64,000 bases of DNA from a virus, in IMG/VR virus record IMGVR_UViG_3300027779_000011, positions 64,001 through 128,000 of that record; one strand, written 5' to 3'. The notes below the pieces were generated by a model. The model saw only the letters and a list, made by a program, of their open reading frames with translations, ran no database searches and had not been told where the DNA came from. Below, piece after piece: positions 10,350-19,677 of the stretch (the first letter of the stretch is position 1; each line of letters starts with the position of its first letter). A program made the translations under genes and the position numbers.

Positions 10350-10384
10350 ACCCATAGTAAAATTACTTTACTATGGGTTTTTTA
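10350..10384 (+). terminator. Intrinsic terminator
   Basis: ACCCATAGTAAA-attac-TTTACTATGGGT followed by a T run. Confidence 0.85.
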
Positions 10385-10417
10385 TTAATTTTTTTATTAA
10401 AAGCATAGGGATTAATA

Positions 10418-10837
10418 ATGATAAAGCTATCTGCATTTGAATCAGCAAGAATAACAGACCCTTCCAGTGGAAAAGAGGTTAAGGTTTCCACCACAGTCAG
10501 GATGCAGTATAGGTGGCTATATAGAAATTATGAGCCTGAGTTTCAAAGCATGAGAAATAATATTCTTAATGAGATAATAGGAAAAGATTATTCTGGTAGC
10601 TCCGGTGATGGCAATATGGTGCATAGGTTTAAGCTTGGAAGCTCTAGCATTGAATCAAAGGAAAGGGAGATTGCTGAGATCAGAAAGTTTTCTCCATCAT
10701 CAGAAAGAGCTAGGGCTTTTAATTTCTTTATAGCAGTAGAGCGAAGTGATGGAATTTATATATTAGCCGTAAAGCAAAGCTGGAAGTCTCCTAAGTATAC
10801 CAAAACTTATGGTTATACAAAGAAAAGCAGAACTTAA
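10418..10837 (+). CDS. Hypothetical protein (possible virion cluster member)
   Basis: 139-aa basic ORF starting MIKLSA; first gene after the terminator. Confidence 0.65.
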   Translation: MIKLSAFESARITDPSSGKEVKVSTTVRMQYRWLYRNYEPEFQSMRNNILNEIIGKDYSGSSGDGNMVHRFKLGSSSIESKEREIAEIRKFSPSSERARAFNFFIAVERSDGIYILAVKQSWKSPKYTKTYGYTKKSRT

Positions 10838-10883
10838 GGCTCTACTAATTTAATATAAAGTATTGTATTTTAATGAGGTTATA

Positions 10884-11546
10884 ATGAATAAAAAGACTGC
10901 ACAATTAAAGCCGCCAAACTGGGACCCCGATATTCTGCCAAAGTTAAAGCAGATAAACTATGGTTCTCAAGAGGGTGAGATAAAGAGAATTTTAAACGAT
11001 CCAAGTAAAATTATATTTGACGCAACCTCTCCATCGGATAATCCCAATGCTTCTGCTTGGGTCACAACCGATGATTTGAAAGATGGAAAAATTGATGCGG
11101 TTCATATAAACGCAACAAAGATTCCAAAACCGGGGGATGGCTTTGAACAAATGGCCAATCAAATAATCGCATCAATTTCAGCATTGTTATCTCATGAAGT
11201 CGGACACATTGAAGACTTCAGAGAGGAGCTTTATGAATCAGGACAAGACCCGTTTCCGGGTGGAGAGGCTGTAGCTGAAGAAGCACAAAGACAACAGGAG
11301 CAAAGAGCAATGTTAGCATTAGAACAAATGGCGTCAGCAAAGAGTACTTTGGTGAAGCTTTCAAATGATCTAGATGGTTCTGGTAATGGAAAGATTGCAG
11401 ATAGTATAGATAAATTATTATATGTTATCTCAAAAGAGGAAGTCAGTATAAATAAGACGGCCATACAAAAAGATGATGACGTGTTGGCAGAAGAAGTGTT
11501 TATGTTTAATGACTCATTTTATAAGAAACCATTCGGAAGGATGTGA
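10884..11546 (+). CDS. Zincin-motif (HEVGH) protein with C-terminal LVKLSNDLD motif
   Basis: GAGG RBS then MNKKTAQ; NASAWV...IN...LLSHEVGH...E pattern of minimal zincins. Confidence 0.7.
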   Translation: MNKKTAQLKPPNWDPDILPKLKQINYGSQEGEIKRILNDPSKIIFDATSPSDNPNASAWVTTDDLKDGKIDAVHINATKIPKPGDGFEQMANQIIASISALLSHEVGHIEDFREELYESGQDPFPGGEAVAEEAQRQQEQRAMLALEQMASAKSTLVKLSNDLDGSGNGKIADSIDKLLYVISKEEVSINKTAIQKDDDVLAEEVFMFNDSFYKKPFGRM

Positions 11547-11568
11547 TGATTGGCAAATATTCAAATAA

Positions 11569-13863
11569 ATGGGTGATATAAAAACCATGAAGAAGAAAAC
11601 CGTAGAACAAGAGAATGAGCTTGGAGATACTCCGACTGATGCGATAGCTGGTATGCACATGCCAGATCCCGAAGGTTCGTGGAGAGGCTCCGATCCGGGA
11701 GAGAATAGCTATACTTATGATAAGAAGCAGATTGCATACCATGAAAGACGCCTGACCGGGAGAAAAAGAAAGGAAAATGGTTTATCAAAAGGGGCAAGAG
11801 GTCTTTTGGATATGCAAACGGAACAGGGAAAGTCCGGTGAATATTTTGAAGAGGATGAGACCGGGTTATTTGGCAATGAATCTCCTGAAGATTTACCTAC
11901 TAATAAACCAGATAGAAATATAAGATATGAATCATCTACCGGCAGCTCAGACGTAGATCTGTCTGATTTTTCGTTCTTGGGGTTTGGAAAAGAATCAAAA
12001 AGGAATTATGAAATGAACAATGAATTAATCAAGCTATCAAACTTATTAGACGAGATCGGAAGCGTTAATGCTGCGGATAGAATAGATCTTATGATTATAA
12101 AGGAAGCGGTAACTACGCCTTCTGGGTGGAGTTCACGTCCTAGCTCTAGTGCCTCTACGTCTCAGCAGAATCTTCATCGCGCTTGTACTGCATATTATAC
12201 AGCAATAGATACTATGGAGTCTCAGAATTATTACAGTGGAGGCGACGAAGGTGCTGCCGAGGATGTTATAAATGCAGTATGGGCAAGATATAATGCCTTT
12301 GACGGCTGGGGTGATAACGATGATGCACTTCCAAATGCACTTATTAGCGCAGCTCGTTCGGCTGAGCCAAGTCTTACATCAAGACCTGAGGGTTATTCTT
12401 CATGGTTTGAAGCTGTTGTAAAAGAAGGGGACGTTAATTTTTCCAACGGAAACTCAGCCTTCTACGGTAATTCTGACGGATTTGCAATAGACGCCAAGAA
12501 TTTTTGGGGGAAAATGAAGAGTGCAATCAAAAAAAACAGGGCAGCCGAAACAGCAGCCGAAACAGCAGCGGCAACAGGAGGAACCGCTCTCCAAGATGAT
12601 ATGGACCCTGAAGATAAGATGGGAGATGCTCCCTTTTTCTACCTTCTTACTGAAGCACAAAAGACCACTGCTGAACAGCCCGAGGCAGATTTCTTAAGAC
12701 TAGAATGGGGAGCATCTGAAACACCCCCTCAGTGGAGAATACAGTTTAGAAAAATGCGTGATCTTTCTGTGTGGCTAGAGGCCAATTCAGAAAAGAGAAG
12801 CCTTGTAACGGAAGAGTGGATTGAAGAATTATCAGAACTTGGGAATGGGGCATACAAGGATGGGTTTCAATGGACTACGGGAGCTGTGACAGAGTATGCC
12901 AACAAAGGAAAGATTCCGCATCCAGGGAAGGGATACGCTGCTTATTACGACTCTTGGGAAGGGTGGACTGACTCATGGACTGTAATGTATGACCTTCTGC
13001 GTAACCAAGAAACAGTAAAGGCCTCTGGCGAATTTGCACAACAACAAGCAGAAGGAAGATCGGGCGGCGGCGGCGGTGGTGGTGGCAGTAGAGCCGTTGC
13101 TTCTATCGTTGATTTATCAGGTGGAGTAATAACTGATTCTGATACTGGTAACAAATTCAGAACATGGGTCTATTCAGATGCTGCGAGGGCTAGGTGGGCC
13201 TCTAGTAATAACTTTGATAGTTCTCACACAGTGTTTAATTCCAGAGCTATGAGGAGTGCTTGGGCGACTTATGGTAATCAGTATAAACAATATTTGCAAG
13301 TCGCTGGACCGGACGAGTTACTTGCTGGCTCCGGAACCGGAAGTGTGGCAAGGCGAGAATCTGTGGATGATTTACTTGGGGAGACAGCTCCACAAGCACC
13401 TCCAGTTGCAGCTCCACAAGCACCTCCAATTGCATCTCCACAAGCACCTCCAGTTGCAGCGACTCAGCCAGAAGCAGGGTGGACTATCGAGAATGTTGGT
13501 TCCGCAGTAGATGAGTTATATAGAGGGGTTCGGATTGGCAAAAACAGTGAAAGGAAAGTAAGAAGAACGACTGCTAGAGCACTAAGAGATTTGGGCCGTG
13601 GTTCTACCCAGGAGATTCTAAACTACTTGTCTGGAAGAACACCTCCATCATCTGCTACGATGAGATACAGCGAAGTTTATAACGCTCTAATGGACCTAAA
13701 GGAACAGCTATCAGGAGGCCGCAAATCAAGGGCGGCTAGGATTGATAGGATTAATGCCTTGTCGAAAACCAGTGACGATGTCATAGATACTTATAAGAAA
13801 GCCGCAAACAACCGAAGAAGAAGGGTGTCTGAGGATAGAAAAAAGCTTTACGATAGTATCTGA
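11569..13863 (+). CDS. Large low-complexity hypothetical protein, putative head-packaged protein
   Basis: 764 aa; internal MNNELIKLSNLLD motif, poly-Gly and APQAPPVA linkers, Arg-rich C-terminus. Confidence 0.7.
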   Translation: MGDIKTMKKKTVEQENELGDTPTDAIAGMHMPDPEGSWRGSDPGENSYTYDKKQIAYHERRLTGRKRKENGLSKGARGLLDMQTEQGKSGEYFEEDETGLFGNESPEDLPTNKPDRNIRYESSTGSSDVDLSDFSFLGFGKESKRNYEMNNELIKLSNLLDEIGSVNAADRIDLMIIKEAVTTPSGWSSRPSSSASTSQQNLHRACTAYYTAIDTMESQNYYSGGDEGAAEDVINAVWARYNAFDGWGDNDDALPNALISAARSAEPSLTSRPEGYSSWFEAVVKEGDVNFSNGNSAFYGNSDGFAIDAKNFWGKMKSAIKKNRAAETAAETAAATGGTALQDDMDPEDKMGDAPFFYLLTEAQKTTAEQPEADFLRLEWGASETPPQWRIQFRKMRDLSVWLEANSEKRSLVTEEWIEELSELGNGAYKDGFQWTTGAVTEYANKGKIPHPGKGYAAYYDSWEGWTDSWTVMYDLLRNQETVKASGEFAQQQAEGRSGGGGGGGGSRAVASIVDLSGGVITDSDTGNKFRTWVYSDAARARWASSNNFDSSHTVFNSRAMRSAWATYGNQYKQYLQVAGPDELLAGSGTGSVARRESVDDLLGETAPQAPPVAAPQAPPIASPQAPPVAATQPEAGWTIENVGSAVDELYRGVRIGKNSERKVRRTTARALRDLGRGSTQEILNYLSGRTPPSSATMRYSEVYNALMDLKEQLSGGRKSRAARIDRINALSKTSDDVIDTYKKAANNRRRRVSEDRKKLYDSI
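13387..13458 (+). repeat. 24-bp in-frame tandem repeat x3 (APQAPPVA/APQAPPIA/SPQAPPVA)
   Basis: GCTCCACAAGCACCTCCAGTTGCA units. Confidence 0.92.
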
Positions 13864-13907
13864 TGCTTATATTTAATAACTTGAATTACCAAAGAGGAAT
13901 CTAAAAA

Positions 13908-15473
13908 ATGCAAAACGAATTAATCAAACTTTCAAAGACCTTAAGCGGTCTTGGCCATAAGAAGCACTCCAGTATAGTCAGAGGCCTTGGAGTACCAAGC
14001 GTCAGCATTATGCTTTCAAAGTTTGCAGGAGCTCCAAACCCAGGACTTATAAAGCTCATCAATGGAAATGCTGCTAATAGCAAAAGTCAGGTAGGAATTA
14101 ATCTCAGCTATAAAGGCAATGACGATCTTGGAGAGTGGGCAACGGGTTCGGATGAAATATCCATTGCAACCCAGGAAGTGCTGACAGACTTTATAGATAT
14201 GGTAAAAGGGATAAATGCTGATACCCCAGAAAAAGCCTATGAAACACGCGCAAAGATAAAGGCTATCACGGTAAGTGTTTATACTGATACCGCAGGTAAT
14301 GATGCTAATAACGAAGCTCGTAGTCAAAGGCGAGCAGATATAATTGTTGCAGCCCTAAGGCAAGATGTTCCTGGGGTAACCTTCACAGGGAAGGGTATGG
14401 GAGAGGATGCGGAAAAGAATAAGAGATACCTTAACTTCCAAATTACCGAAATAGAAGCTAGGCAAGCTGTAATGGATTCCCATGTAGTGGCCCTTAATGA
14501 TGGTGGAACAGCGTACTGGTTTCTAAGACAAGGTAACTACTTTGTTGTAGATGTTACCAAGCCAGATGCCCATAGAGCCGCTACCAAAGCCGAATCTGCA
14601 ATCCAGAAAGACAGCACTGGTAAAGGGACCGGTGATGCTGGAAATGCTCTTGTTTATTTTGGAGCAGAGGCTGCTATTGCAGCTGGGGCAATTAGCCCGG
14701 TAGAAAATCCAGCCGGAACAATTTATATGGTAGATAGCGCGAAGCTTACGGGTGCCGCAGCCATGATGAGCTTAGAGGATACAATTCAGTCACCAACAAC
14801 TCCATCTGAAAGAGCCACTAAGCTTGGTGCGTCTGCCGAGGCAGGACAGGTTGCTAGGACCGAAAGTGAAGCTTGGCCAGCAGAGGTCGTAAAAGATTCA
14901 ATAAGAAGACTCCTTGAGATCAGAGAACCATTGGAGATAGACCCAGATGGAGGTGGCTCACAGCCCGCTGCTCAAGCCTTAGCTGCACATCGCGTTAGGC
15001 GCAATATGAGGAGAATGTTCAAGACTAATATGGAAAAAAACCCTGACGGGTTTGACCGTACTGTTCAGAAATTGGCTCAGGAAATGACAGCTAGTCCAAA
15101 CTTTGTATATAATCCAGATGAAGGTGCCGCAGGATCTAACATAGGAATGGTGTTTATGGCGGCGATGCAATCAGAGAGTGTGGCCCAGTCTACTGGTGGC
15201 TCTGCTTCGTCAAGAGCAAAGAACTCAAGAAAGGGTAGGCGAAGAATGGAGAAGGCTAAAGCCAGAGCACGAAAAAGGTCTGATAGAGAGAGATATGATA
15301 ACCCGCTAATTCCAAACTTTATGGAGCGTGGCCAGAAGTTTAACGAGAGAGGCGAGAGAAAGGCTTCCTCAAGCACAATAGAAAGCCTTCATAAGATTTC
15401 AATGAAAAAGTCATCTGCAAAGTCTGCCGCTAAGAAAAGAAGAGAAAGAATTAAAAAAGAAAATATGCGATAA
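13908..15473 (+). CDS. Putative virion protein with OmpA-like peptidoglycan-binding domain
   Basis: ITVSVYTDTAGNDANNEARSQRRADIIVAAL...GKGMGE...KNKR matches the OmpA_C pattern GHTD..G....N..LS..RA..V..L...G.GE...NRR; N-terminal MQNELIKLS motif. Confidence 0.72.
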   Translation: MQNELIKLSKTLSGLGHKKHSSIVRGLGVPSVSIMLSKFAGAPNPGLIKLINGNAANSKSQVGINLSYKGNDDLGEWATGSDEISIATQEVLTDFIDMVKGINADTPEKAYETRAKIKAITVSVYTDTAGNDANNEARSQRRADIIVAALRQDVPGVTFTGKGMGEDAEKNKRYLNFQITEIEARQAVMDSHVVALNDGGTAYWFLRQGNYFVVDVTKPDAHRAATKAESAIQKDSTGKGTGDAGNALVYFGAEAAIAAGAISPVENPAGTIYMVDSAKLTGAAAMMSLEDTIQSPTTPSERATKLGASAEAGQVARTESEAWPAEVVKDSIRRLLEIREPLEIDPDGGGSQPAAQALAAHRVRRNMRRMFKTNMEKNPDGFDRTVQKLAQEMTASPNFVYNPDEGAAGSNIGMVFMAAMQSESVAQSTGGSASSRAKNSRKGRRRMEKAKARARKRSDRERYDNPLIPNFMERGQKFNERGERKASSSTIESLHKISMKKSSAKSAAKKRRERIKKENMR

Positions 15474-15504
15474 GTTTTTATAATATATTTTATATACAAA
15501 CTAT

Positions 15505-15538
15505 AAAACCCCGAACAGTATTGTCGGGGTTTTGTTTT
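15505..15538 (+). terminator. Intrinsic terminator
   Basis: AAAACCCCGA-acagtattg-TCGGGGTTTT-GTTTT. Confidence 0.85.
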
Positions 15539-16115
15539 GATTAATATTTTCGATGACGGAAAGACCAAGCTTCGTAAGAAGAAAAAGCATAGGAAACTTT
15601 CTCATAAAAATAAAAAGCAGAATGAAGAGATAGCGGGGAAGGAGAATCTATCAAAGCTGAACCCAATGGCATATCCTATTCTTGCTCTGCATTATAATAA
15701 GAAGCGGCCATCTGAGTGGATAGTAACTACATTTAAAACTATTAACGAGAAGCCACACCACTTAACTGATAAGTGGATTAACAGCATTAATAAATGGGTG
15801 TCTGGAGTTTGTGATTCAATGTCTCTAGATGAGCCAGATATTCAGATAGGTAACAGGATTGATGTTGGCCCTATTGAAATTATAAAGATTAAAGAGCCAA
15901 ACATGATGGCCGAGTTTCCAAGTCCAGCAGTTATAGCCAGAGATGAGAGGGGATGGAAGTGGTTTTTCAAAACATCAAAAGCGTATCTTTATAAGGATGG
16001 AGACTTCATAACATTAAGAGCCACCATATCTTCTCATGGGGAGGGCATTACTTTTTTAAAGCGCCCAAGTAAAATTTCAAAGCTATGCCAAGATATGTTG
16101 GCTGGCGAAGAATAA
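15537..16115 (+). CDS. Hypothetical protein, possible C-terminal OB-fold-like beta domain (start uncertain)
   Basis: 192-aa ORF; TTG start overlaps the terminator; beta-rich C-terminus D..G.KWFFKTS...G...TLRATISSH. Confidence 0.55.
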   Translation: MINIFDDGKTKLRKKKKHRKLSHKNKKQNEEIAGKENLSKLNPMAYPILALHYNKKRPSEWIVTTFKTINEKPHHLTDKWINSINKWVSGVCDSMSLDEPDIQIGNRIDVGPIEIIKIKEPNMMAEFPSPAVIARDERGWKWFFKTSKAYLYKDGDFITLRATISSHGEGITFLKRPSKISKLCQDMLAGEE

Positions 16116-16142
16116 TATTTAAAATTTTTTTAAGAGGTAGCC

Positions 16143-17159
16143 GTGATTGACATAGCAGATATTGTAGTTGGATTGGCGTGGGGTGACGAAGCAAAGGGAA
16201 AGATAACAAGTCATCTTTCATCAAAGAAGTTCATATCTGGAAAACCTTATTATGATTTTGTAATTAGGTGGGCAGGGGGTAATAACGCAGGGCATACAGT
16301 TTACGTTAACGGAAACAAGTTCAAGACGCACCTTATACCATCTGGAATTTTTTATGGTGTTCAATCAGTTATTGGACCCAATTGTGTTTTGAACATTAAT
16401 TCGTTCAAGGATGAGTTAAGTTATCTTAGTGACAATGGATTTGACACAACGCTGGTAAAGGTAGCTCCAAACTGTCACATTGTAAGTGAAGAGCATATAC
16501 AATTCGATAAGGACAACTTAGCTGCAAAGTTAGGCACAACATCTAGAGGTATTGCCCCATGTTATTCGGATAAGGCGGCAAGGATCGGGATGCTAGCTAA
16601 GGACGTTCTTAGTCCCAATATGATTTGGAACGAGAAGCTTCATGGTAATATTCTATGTGAAGGAGCACAGGGAGTTTGGTTAGACATAAACCATGGAAAT
16701 TATCCATATGTTACTTCGAGCGAAACCCTCCCTTATGCCGCTTGCAGTATAGGGTTTCCGCCACAAAAAATAAACAATATATATGGGGCAGCAAAAATTT
16801 ATGATACCAGGAGCGGCGAAGATCCTAAGTTCCCAAACAGTTTGTTAGATGACCCGGTTTTGTCAAGATTGGCTGAGATTGGTAGTGAGTATGGAGTCAC
16901 TACTGGAAGAAGAAGAAAGGTCAATTGGTTAAATTTAGACATGTTGGTTAGATCAATTAATATTTCAGGGGCAACACATATTATTATTAGCAAGTGCGAT
17001 ATAATTAAAGAGCTAGATATCTATAAGCTTTTTTATAATAACGAATATCTTTCATTTCATTCTATGGGAGATATGCAGAGTTTTATAACTGAGAAAATAG
17101 AAGGCTTATGCGCCCTGGTAAGGCAGATTAGATTTTCATATTCGCCAGAGGGATTATAA
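16143..17159 (+). CDS. purA: Adenylosuccinate synthetase (short form)
   Basis: WGDEAKGK, GGNNAGHT, GTTSRGIAP, EGAQG..LD..HG.YPYVTSS, EYGVTTGRRR, KCD. Confidence 0.95.
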   Translation: MIDIADIVVGLAWGDEAKGKITSHLSSKKFISGKPYYDFVIRWAGGNNAGHTVYVNGNKFKTHLIPSGIFYGVQSVIGPNCVLNINSFKDELSYLSDNGFDTTLVKVAPNCHIVSEEHIQFDKDNLAAKLGTTSRGIAPCYSDKAARIGMLAKDVLSPNMIWNEKLHGNILCEGAQGVWLDINHGNYPYVTSSETLPYAACSIGFPPQKINNIYGAAKIYDTRSGEDPKFPNSLLDDPVLSRLAEIGSEYGVTTGRRRKVNWLNLDMLVRSINISGATHIIISKCDIIKELDIYKLFYNNEYLSFHSMGDMQSFITEKIEGLCALVRQIRFSYSPEGL

Positions 17160-17986
17160 TGAGTAAGAAAAACGTTCTATTATATCATGCAAACTGCCCA
17201 GATGGATTTGGTTCAGCATATTCATTTTGGAAGAAGTTTGGTGATAACATGGAGTATATAGCGGTAAAGCATGGGGAGCCGCCCCCCAGTGGGCTAGAAG
17301 GGAAGAATGTTTATATAGCAGACTTTTCATATAGCAAAGATGTTCTTATTTTTTTAAATGAGAAAACTTATAGCCTCAAGGTTATAGACCACCATATTTC
17401 CGCAGAAAGAGATTTAAAAGATCTTGACTTCTGCCATTTCGATATGAGTCATTCTGGAGCATATCTTTCCTGGGCCTTTAACTTTCCGGACCAGCCCATA
17501 CCAAAGCTTATTAAGTATATAGAAGATCGGGATTTGTGGCTATGGAAAATGCCACATGCGGAGGAAGTACTTTCTACGATAGATTCTTATGATCGAACAT
17601 TTGAATGGTGGGACCACATCAACTCAATACTAGAAACACAGGATGGGTTTAATAAGCTTGTGAACGAAGGTGAGGCAATCTTAAGATATAAAAACAAATT
17701 GGTATATACAATATCAAAGAACAGCTATGTGATGAATATAGCCGGTGATAAAATTCCTGTAGTTAACACACCTTTCTTTCAGTCGGAAATCGCAGGAACA
17801 ATGTCTAAGGATGAAAAGTATGCTGCTGCATATTATTATGATGGGGAAGCTTTCGTATTCTCACTAAGGGCTTCTGATGATGAAGTTGATGTTTCTGAAA
17901 TAGCGAAATCATTTGGTGGTGGTGGACATAAAAAAGCCGCTGGATTTAGTGTTAAAAGTTTGGATTTTTTTAAGGATAAAGAATGA
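17159..17986 (+). CDS. DHH/DHHA1 phosphoesterase (NrnB/nanoRNase-like)
   Basis: YHANCPDG, ADFS, IDHH, EDRDLW, SLR, FGGGGHKKAAGF; start overlaps purA stop. Confidence 0.9.
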   Translation: MSKKNVLLYHANCPDGFGSAYSFWKKFGDNMEYIAVKHGEPPPSGLEGKNVYIADFSYSKDVLIFLNEKTYSLKVIDHHISAERDLKDLDFCHFDMSHSGAYLSWAFNFPDQPIPKLIKYIEDRDLWLWKMPHAEEVLSTIDSYDRTFEWWDHINSILETQDGFNKLVNEGEAILRYKNKLVYTISKNSYVMNIAGDKIPVVNTPFFQSEIAGTMSKDEKYAAAYYYDGEAFVFSLRASDDEVDVSEIAKSFGGGGHKKAAGFSVKSLDFFKDKE

Positions 17987-18687
17987 GTTTAAGTAATTAT
18001 AGTCAAGAGCAAATAAATAGCGCAATAGAAAAAATGAAAATCATATCTGATTATTCTTTATGGCAGGCTTCCGGACTATCTAGGACTAAGTATGTAGGCA
18101 GCCAGTCATTTACAAGAGACGAGTATTTGATTTGCCTGGTTGAGGATATAGATGGAGAGTATTTCGTAATGGACTATGTAAGAAGCTCACTATCTTGTGT
18201 TATGATGGTAGAGCATCCAGATATGGCAGATTCTATAATTAAGAATACTGTCCATTCCAGTTTAAAGCTGCACATGATAGCGATGGGCTATTATAGTGAC
18301 ATAGCCATTATTGATAAGCTTTGCTCAGATCCAAGTGCAGAGGTTAGACAGTGGGCTTCATATCACTGTTCTATGGATGCTCTTAAGTCTATGATAAATG
18401 ATAGTAACGCAAAGGTAAGAAGGTCGGTGTTTAATAGGCTAGGTCCGGTCGAATACCTTGATGAAATGCTGAATGATAAGGATGCTCAGATAAGAGAGGC
18501 TGGGGCCAGATTTGCTCCAATGAATTATCATGGGTTTTCGAAAATGTGCAATGAGCTTTCCAAGAGAGTATTCCCGTGGGTTGTTAGCAAGATAAAGAGA
18601 GATAAGCTTCCAATGCTTTTGGGAAATAGGAATATGAACAATATTCGCTCTAAAAACGCATTGAGCGAAAGAATGAATCAACAATAA
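17983..18687 (+). CDS. HEAT/LRV-like helical repeat protein
   Basis: Three repeats: LCSDPSAEVRQ / MINDSNAKVRR / MLNDKDAQIRE. Confidence 0.75.
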   Translation: MSLSNYSQEQINSAIEKMKIISDYSLWQASGLSRTKYVGSQSFTRDEYLICLVEDIDGEYFVMDYVRSSLSCVMMVEHPDMADSIIKNTVHSSLKLHMIAMGYYSDIAIIDKLCSDPSAEVRQWASYHCSMDALKSMINDSNAKVRRSVFNRLGPVEYLDEMLNDKDAQIREAGARFAPMNYHGFSKMCNELSKRVFPWVVSKIKRDKLPMLLGNRNMNNIRSKNALSERMNQQ

Positions 18688-18712
18688 TACAAATTACTCA
18701 AAGAGGTTGAAA

Positions 18713-19630
18713 ATGGCTGCAAGGTATACTTCTGATTATATTAATCAGGCTGAAATTAAAAGTGATGAGTGGACTCCAGACGAAGGTGACTTCGAAGTTA
18801 TTATTAGAAAGTTTTCTAACTTTGTCTTTGAAAGTGATTGCTATTGGGGGTGGAAGGCTTCGGATAGGATCGGAGAGGTTTTTGACGATAAAATGCTCTC
18901 CTTTGTTTGGAATAATATCTCAAGCTTGAGGTTCCATATCGTTGATGCGTTAGTTAATGATTTTACAAATAAGCCTGTTTGCTCGGAATCTTTTAGGAAT
19001 AGACTTATAGCCGATCTCTATGATTTAATTCCAAGAAATGATAATTGTGCTGATAACATACTAAGGGGAGACCTAGTAAAACTTTTACATCCAGACTATA
19101 ATTATATGGACGAAATTTTTTCACTAAGACTTATTGATCCAGAGGGTAGTATTATGACCAGGTGGCATGTTCAAGGCATGGCCTACTCAAAAGATCCTGC
19201 TTTTTACGCGTATCTCTGGAGTGAAATCAAAAGAAGTAGTGGATATATAGACAAGAAAATCGAAGTTGCTAAAAATATGATCAATAATGATGCAATGTCT
19301 GAAAAGGTAATTAAAGAGGCTGCATCAAATGGAACGAAGAAGCTTAAGCGATTCTTTATATCTGAACTTGGTTGTAAGATGACCTATTATCGACAAAAGT
19401 TGCGATATATGGATGAAGACGAAGCTCTTTATGGTTTTTATCAAAATAATAATTCCAAGCTTGAAGCATATATGCTATTGTTTGCAAATTTTGATGATGA
19501 CAGATCTCTATCTACGATGGCAGATGTTTTGTCTATAGATAATCTTCCTTGGATTATGCCGCTACTTGGAAAATATCGTTGGATTTCACAAAGTGTAGAA
19601 AGAAGGATTGCTCAACAAGAAAACCAATAG
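18713..19630 (+). CDS. Hypothetical helical protein, paralog of 9198 and 17983 ORFs
   Basis: GAGG RBS; shared C-terminal pattern ...DNLPWIMPLLG...VERRI. Confidence 0.65.
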   Translation: MAARYTSDYINQAEIKSDEWTPDEGDFEVIIRKFSNFVFESDCYWGWKASDRIGEVFDDKMLSFVWNNISSLRFHIVDALVNDFTNKPVCSESFRNRLIADLYDLIPRNDNCADNILRGDLVKLLHPDYNYMDEIFSLRLIDPEGSIMTRWHVQGMAYSKDPAFYAYLWSEIKRSSGYIDKKIEVAKNMINNDAMSEKVIKEAASNGTKKLKRFFISELGCKMTYYRQKLRYMDEDEALYGFYQNNNSKLEAYMLLFANFDDDRSLSTMADVLSIDNLPWIMPLLGKYRWISQSVERRIAQQENQ

Positions 19631-19677
19631 GAGATCATTTCTTATGAATAAATTAATATGTGCTTCAACTTTTATAG

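Noticed and set aside
16143-17159. PurZ (2-aminoadenine 'Z-genome') interpretation of the short PurA homolog
   Set aside because: It keeps the PurA catalytic Asp (WGDEAKG; PurZ has Ser) and TTGRRR; no dATPase/MazZ partner was seen in the window.
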